From Candidatus Aenigmatarchaeota archaeon (GTDB lineage: Archaea; Aenigmatarchaeota; Aenigmatarchaeia; QMZP01; QMZT01): a stretch of DNA of 64,000 bases. Positions 58,101 through 64,000 of the stretch are shown here, piece after piece; position 1 is the first letter of the stretch; every line of letters starts with the position of its first letter. The position numbers and the translations under genes were made by a program. Location of the stretch: assembly GCA_963726265.1 (NCBI GenBank), contig CAVSBQ010000002.1:320001-384000 (forward strand). Direction: 5' to 3'. The notes under the pieces are model-generated. The model was not told the DNA's origin. It ran no database searches and saw only the letters and a program-made list of their open reading frames with translations.

Positions 58101-61100
58101 GGAACATATACAGAAGCAAGCTGCTGCGGCGACGATAGTGGGGAATACAGGATAACCGAAACAAGCGGGGGCTCATATACACCTGCCGGATATGATGATG
58201 CAGGTACAACGTGCTGTAGTGCTAGTAGTAATTGCGCTTATACAGCTTATGGCTATCCTGATGAGTGCGTAGCCAGTGGCAGTGCAAGCGCCCCTGCTGT
58301 CCCGAACAGGGCTGCATGCTCGTCGAATTACTGGTATGGAGGCGATGACGGCAGCTCATACTGCACCATCGTAGTAGGCAGCAGCGGAAACTGGGGTCTC
58401 GGAGGCGAGGGTTCCGGGAGCTGCTGCGGGGACGACAGCAGCGAAAGCACGAGAACTGAGCAATCAACAGGAACGGACATACCGGCAGGTTATAACGATG
58501 GTTCAAAAACATGTTGTTCTGACAGTAGTGATTGCTCTTATACCGCTTATAGTTACAGTGACGTGTGCAAGGCGTATCAAGGAACATCCGACCCCGCTGT
58601 ACCCAACAAGGCATACTGCGGTTCAAGTAGTACTTGGTGGGGAGGCGATGATTTGTCAGCGGCATGCACTGCAATAACGGGTGGTAGTAACTGGGGTCTT
58701 GGCGGCGAGGTTCCAAGTCCTAACTGCTGCGGGGACGACAGCAGCGAATACCCGATAAGCGAAGCTGCGTTAGGGGCGACCACGCCAGCCGGCTACAACG
58801 ATGGGTCCTATACCTGCTGCGACGCCTCGACTGACTGCGCCTATACCGCTTATGGTTACAGTGATATCTGCAAACCTTCCGCCAGCGGGAGCAGTAGTGC
58901 TTCTGACCCAACCATCCCCAACAAGGCTTATTGCCAAAATAAGAACTGGTACGGAGGCGACGACCTAGGTGATGCATGCAGCGCAATCACAGGCGGGAGC
59001 AACTGGGGTCTGGGCGGCGAGGGGGATGGAAGCTGCTGCGGGGACGACAGCAGCGAATACGCTATAACAGAGGCCTCTAGCACGGACACCCCTTCGCCTT
59101 ACAACGACAACACCGGTAAGACGTGCTGCGACACGTCGGGTGACTGCACAGAATCCGGGACGGACGTGTGCACGGTCACTACCAGCGCGGCTGGCACAAT
59201 TCCCAACAAGGCTTATTGCGGCGCAAGCAACACGTGGTACGGAGGGGATGCCGGCGAGACATATTGCACCACGATAGTCGCAGCGAGCAGCTGGAACCTT
59301 GGCGGCGAGGCGTGGAGCTCGCCTGATGATTTATGCTGCGGCGACGACAGCAGCGAATACAAAAAGACTGAAACCGGTTCAACGGACGCGCCCTCGGGGT
59401 ATAATGACGGCATCACGACGTGCTGCGACGCCTCGACGGACTGCACGTATGACGACACTTGCACTGCCACCACGGGCACATCAGCGCCGGCCATACCCAG
59501 CAAAGCCTACTGCTCGTCGGGAACGTGGTACGGAGGGGATGTAGGAAGCACGCAATGCACGGCCATTGTCGGTGCAGGGAACTGGAGCATCGGCGGTGAG
59601 GTGAACGCGACAGCCTGCTGCGGCGACGACAGCGGTGAAAATCGCAGGATTTTCGTTGACTACCTAGGGAATGCTCATGGAGTCATGGACTGGGGAACAA
59701 GCCAGGACGGGTGCTGCGACAATGCAAATGACCAGATAGATTACGACGGAGATTGTGTCACGTCATCAGGCTCAGGCGGCAATGCTGTGGATACAGGTTA
59801 CACAGGTCACGACAAATACGGCTATCCTTACACGACAGGCTGGCTTGACCTTGACGGGCATTCCACGTGGCCTACCACTTATGGAGCCAATGTCTGCGGA
59901 GGCGGCTGGATTAATATGTCGTATGGCGATTCAACTGGAGAAGATTGTGGTACTGCGGGCGGCGATGCCTGCGATGAAGATGCTGATTATGGCTGCTGCG
60001 GCGACGATTCGGGAGAAAATTACATTTACAGGCTGAGCTATTCAGACCAAGTTGGCGGGAGTACGGCAACCAATACTTCCGATTACGCATGCTGTGATGC
60101 TGCAACAGACTGCGTATATAATAGCGTGTGTTATGCCCAAAGCACTTGGCATGATTTCGATGGCAATGGTGTAAGTGATTCATATTGTTATGGCGCTAAT
60201 GGCTGGCTAAATGCAGACAGGTATACTTCGTATTGCACGGCAAACCATTGGAATATCGGCGGAGATGCGGATTTAGAAGGCTCATACTACCAGGTTGGAG
60301 GAGGGCGAACTGATTATTGCGATATTGGTGCAGCAGGGTATCCGAGCAGGGAATGCTGCTGCGGCGACGATTCGGGCGAGAACTACCGCTACTGTCAGGC
60401 AGCGAAGCGGATTCCCGGATTCTGGCAGCTGCACCAGCGCGGAGAACGCATGCTGCGACGCCTCGACTGACTGCGTGACGACGGACGGGACGACGTGTGT
60501 GGCCAGCGGGAACACGGCAACCGATGGTGATGATGACGATAACAACGACTACTGCCTCTCCGGAACGTGGTATGACTGCAGCACTAGCGACCAGTGCGCA
60601 GCGGGCTATTCATGCGTGAGCAATGACTGTCAAGTCAACATCACCATAACCATGAATTCGCCTGCGGACGCTTCCAATACTTCGAGCTATTCAATGACAT
60701 TCAATGCGACCGTGGCGACTGACGGGACCATGACGAACGTCAGCCTTTACGGCAACTGGACAGGCAGCTGGGTGATAAACCAGACCAACACCTCAGGAAC
60801 AGAAAACACCGACTACGTTTTCACCAAGAACCTGACTTCGTATGGCAACGGCGTGTATAAATGGGCCGTCCGCAGCTGCCTTGACACGGGCGCCTGCAAG
60901 CTCTCCGCAAACAGGACGTTCAGGATAGACACAATCCCGCCCGTTTTTTCAACTTACGCGAGGAGTCCCGATCCTCCGAACGAGGACCAGAACGTCCAGC
61001 TGAACGCCACGATAACGGATTCCGGCGTCGCCGTCATCAATGCAGTGAGACTGGAGTTCACGAACAGCACGGACACGAGAAACTACACGGTCACGACGAA

Positions 61101-64000
61101 AAACGGGAACGAATATTACATCACCATGTATGCTGCGGGCAACTACACGGCGCATGACGCGATTACTTACAAATGGTATGCGAACGATTCGCTGGGCAAC
61201 CTGAACGTTTCAGCCCAGCAGTCGTTCACGGTCGCCAACCAGGCGCCGGCCATAACCACCACGCAGCCAGATGGCACGAATGACAACACCAAGACGACTT
61301 TCACAGTCACATGGACGGCGTCCGACGCCGACGGCGAGGACACGGTAACGGTGTCGTGCTACGGCGATGCGGATGGCGCGGGATATGATAAAACTTACAC
61401 GTGTTTCACGGGAACGGCGAACGACGGCACGGAATCATGCGACGTTTCAAGCTGGTCTGACAACACGTATTACATCTGGTGCAACGCGACTGACACGTAC
61501 GTATCGGCGAGCGACTACTCGCCCGGCGAGTTGACGGTAGACAAGACTGTGCCCACGCCAGACCCTGCGACCATCGCCTACATCAATTCAACCTCATATT
61601 CAAGCATGACCGTGAACGCCACGGCGGCGAGCGACTCGGGCGTCGGCGGCGTCGAATACGTGTTCAACGAAACCACAGGCGCCTCGGGCTCGACCAACAG
61701 CTCGTGGCAGGCATCCAAGTCGTATACGGATACGGGCCTCAGCGGCAACACCTCATATTGCTACATAACGCAATACAGGGATGCGCTGAACAACACGGGT
61801 ACAGCCAGCGCACAAGCCTGCAATTACACGCTTGCGGAACCGCCAGGCATTACCCAGGTCGTCTGCGGCGGCGAGCCGGGCAGCTACTACTGCAACGTCA
61901 CCTTTTCGATGGGCTCCAATTCTGCTGGCACGCTGAACTATATCGACGAGACGACGGGCAACACCGGCGGCGACGACAGGACATGGGACACTTCAACCAG
62001 TGTGTACCAAGACACGGGCCTTCCGGTCGGAACCCAGTATTGCTACAGGATAAAGGCAAGGAACGCGAACGGCCTGGAAACCCCCTATTCGAGCGAAATA
62101 TGCGACTACACCGCCCGCCTGCAGGTAACGGAAACCGTCGATCCGGACATATCCCTTCCGAGCTCTGCTGTCTATGTCTATGGCCACATAAACCTCAGCA
62201 ACGGTACAATCGCCGCCAATTACCCGTTCAATCTCTGGCTCAACGGCACGCTTTATACCAGCAGGAACGTAACCGCGCATGGCACATACGTGAGCAGCCT
62301 CAACACTACAAAAACAACGGACTGGTCCGCCGGCACGGCGGTAGCTTTCTGGAACGCGACTTACGACAACGAGAACGTGACGCTTAACACGTCGGAGATA
62401 GTCACAGGCACCGCCAACCTGGTTGCCGTTTATCATTTCTCAGGAAGCGAGGGCGTCGAGCTTCCGGCCGAGACAGGAACCACGGGCATGAAGGGCCTTT
62501 GGCACCTCAACGACAACTCCACGGCCGATTCCAGCGGCAACGGCAACAACGGCGTGATGTTAGGCGGGCTTGACTGCACCGGTGACGAAGGGGTGTTCGA
62601 TGAAGGATGCTATTTCGATGGCAGCGATGACTACATCAATTGCAGCAACGCTTCCGGCACGGCTTTCGAGAGGACCAGTAACTTTACGCTTGAAGCATGG
62701 GTCGAATTATCAGCGAACGCGGCCGCCGGTGTAATACTGGCCAGACTGGATCCCACCAACAATTACCGCGGCTACGACCTGAATTATAACACCATCACAA
62801 AGTCTATAAGAGCTGACCTCATCAATACATGGAGCACCAACGTGATAACCGTCAGCGCGGACAACTCGACGAAAATAATCAACGACAGTCAATGGCATCA
62901 TGTCGCCGTCACCTATAACGGCTCGTCTTCGGCATCCGGAGTCAACTTTTACGTCGACGGGCAGCAACAAAGCAACCAGGCTCCGCAGTATGATACCCTT
63001 TCGGCAACGATTTTGACGAACGTTTCCTTTACAATCGGCTCAAGGGCAGGGGCAAACATGCCGTTCAACGGCAGCATTGATGAAGCCGCAGTCTACAACC
63101 GCACGCTTTCGGCGTCCGAGATCTTGGCGCACTACCAGCGAGGCAGGGTCAGCGACTCCTCGGGCTTCGGCAGCAACGGTCAGCTGATCGGGGCGGTGCA
63201 GGTGGCAGGAAAAATCAACAGGTCATTGGCCTTCGACGGCGGCAACGACTACGTGAATGTCTCGGACAATGCCGTTCTCAACCCGATCCAACGTCACCGT
63301 AATGGCCTGGATAAGAACATCGACGACCGGTGATAACATATTTGTCAGGAAATATAATCTCAGCAGTCCTAATTATGGCTATGCCCTGAGGGTTAACGTT
63401 CCGACTGCAAGCAAGCTCGGGGTCTGGATGGGAGCCACTTCGTGGGTGGGCGGCAATACCAACATAAATGACAGCAAGTGGCATCACGTGGGAGCGTCAT
63501 GCAACGGCACGGATATCATCCTTTATGTCGATGGCGCACAGGACGCCTCTTCGAGCCAGGCCTGCCATCCGAATGCGGTAGCCGGAACTACATTGTCTTT
63601 AGGTTCTTATGCGAGGCAGTTCCTATGCGTATAACGGCACCCTGGACGAGGTCGCGATATACAACCGCACGCTTACCGCCTGCCGAAATAGCGACCCTGT
63701 ATGACCAGCAGAGATGCGGCTATTATTACTGCAACGGCAGCTTCCGCATCGGAGTTATAGACGCGGGCGCGAGCGTTGAATGGAAGAACATAAGCTGGAC
63801 CGGAGCATACAAATACGGGGAAAGCGTCGAGCCCGATTATACCAGCACGGCAGGCCTTTACCGTTTCTCCGGCAGCGATGGAGTCGAGCTTCCTGCCGAG
63901 ACTGGAACCACAGGCATGAAGGGCCTTTGGCATCTCAACGACAACTCCACGGCCGATTCCAGCGGCAACGGCAACAACGGCGTTATGCAGGGCGGGCTTG
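55122..64000 (+). CDS. giant membrane-anchored S8 protease/adhesin (MopE-like repeats, subtilase, Cys-rich repeats, Ig/Fn3, LamG); +1 breaks near 60405, 63286, 63614, 63681; runs off window end
   Basis: ORFs 55122-60470, 60295-63333 and 63257-63634 join seamlessly on removing single bases; domain motifs continue across each break. Confidence 0.82.
56140..56600 (+). repeat. three putative metal-binding (MopE-like) repeats
   Basis: D.D.DG....DC.D....V.P.A.E.C....D.(N/D)CDG x3. Confidence 0.8.
56920..57680 (+). other. S8 subtilase catalytic domain within giant protein
   Basis: VVDSG (Asp 56961), NGHGT (His 57060), AASGN oxyanion Asn, SGTS (Ser 57525). Confidence 0.9.
58085..60480 (+). repeat. 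eight CCGDD-containing Cys-rich repeats of about 95-120 aa
   Basis: W.LGGE...CCGDDS.E...TCC...DC...PNKAYC...WYGGD...C recurring; TGCTGCGG.GACGA at DNA level. Confidence 0.88.
62436..64000 (+). repeat. 137-bp direct repeat (62436-62572 and 63864-64000, truncated by window end)
   Basis: About 12 mismatches by eye, mostly third codon positions; encodes FSGS.GVELPAETGTTGMKGLWHLNDNSTADSSGNGNNG. Confidence 0.9.

Noticed and set aside
58085..60480. CRISPR array or DGR template/variable repeats
   Set aside because: Repeats are in-frame coding with synonymous variation, not adenine-specific; no cas or reverse transcriptase gene in the window

Overview
Archaeal chromosomal segment, gene-dense and mostly moderately GC-rich with a few AT-rich inserts. 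Archaeal identity rests on EF-1alpha, proteasome alpha/beta, exosome Rrp4/41/42, RpoK/RpoP, eL19/eL43, aCPSF1 and BHB-intron tRNAs. A DPANN lineage (e.g. Aenigmarchaeota-like) is my inference from gene content and style and is not proven. It contains a purE-purC-purB-purM cluster, gltX, valS, tuf, nadE/nadC, a psmA-exosome superoperon, rpoK-eno-rps2, orphan mnhEFG, ftsY, lhr, a bacterial-type metK and map. The most unusual elements are: (1) three tandem signal-less PQQ-type beta-propeller genes sharing an acidic MDFGF head, a 4x S-[DEN]-Y-x3 tail and identical 52-nt overlaps; (2) a giant (>2900 aa, truncated) membrane-anchored subtilase/adhesin with eight CCGDD Cys-rich repeats and nested LamG domains; (3) two tRNAs each with two introns; (4) GluRS with a degenerate HIGH motif; (5) a His-rich tail on uL18; (6) a Fic-HTH gene with a perfect operator-like inverted repeat. 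About eight apparent +1 single-base insertions break genes and are most likely sequencing errors. All calls are by eye; no searches were run.
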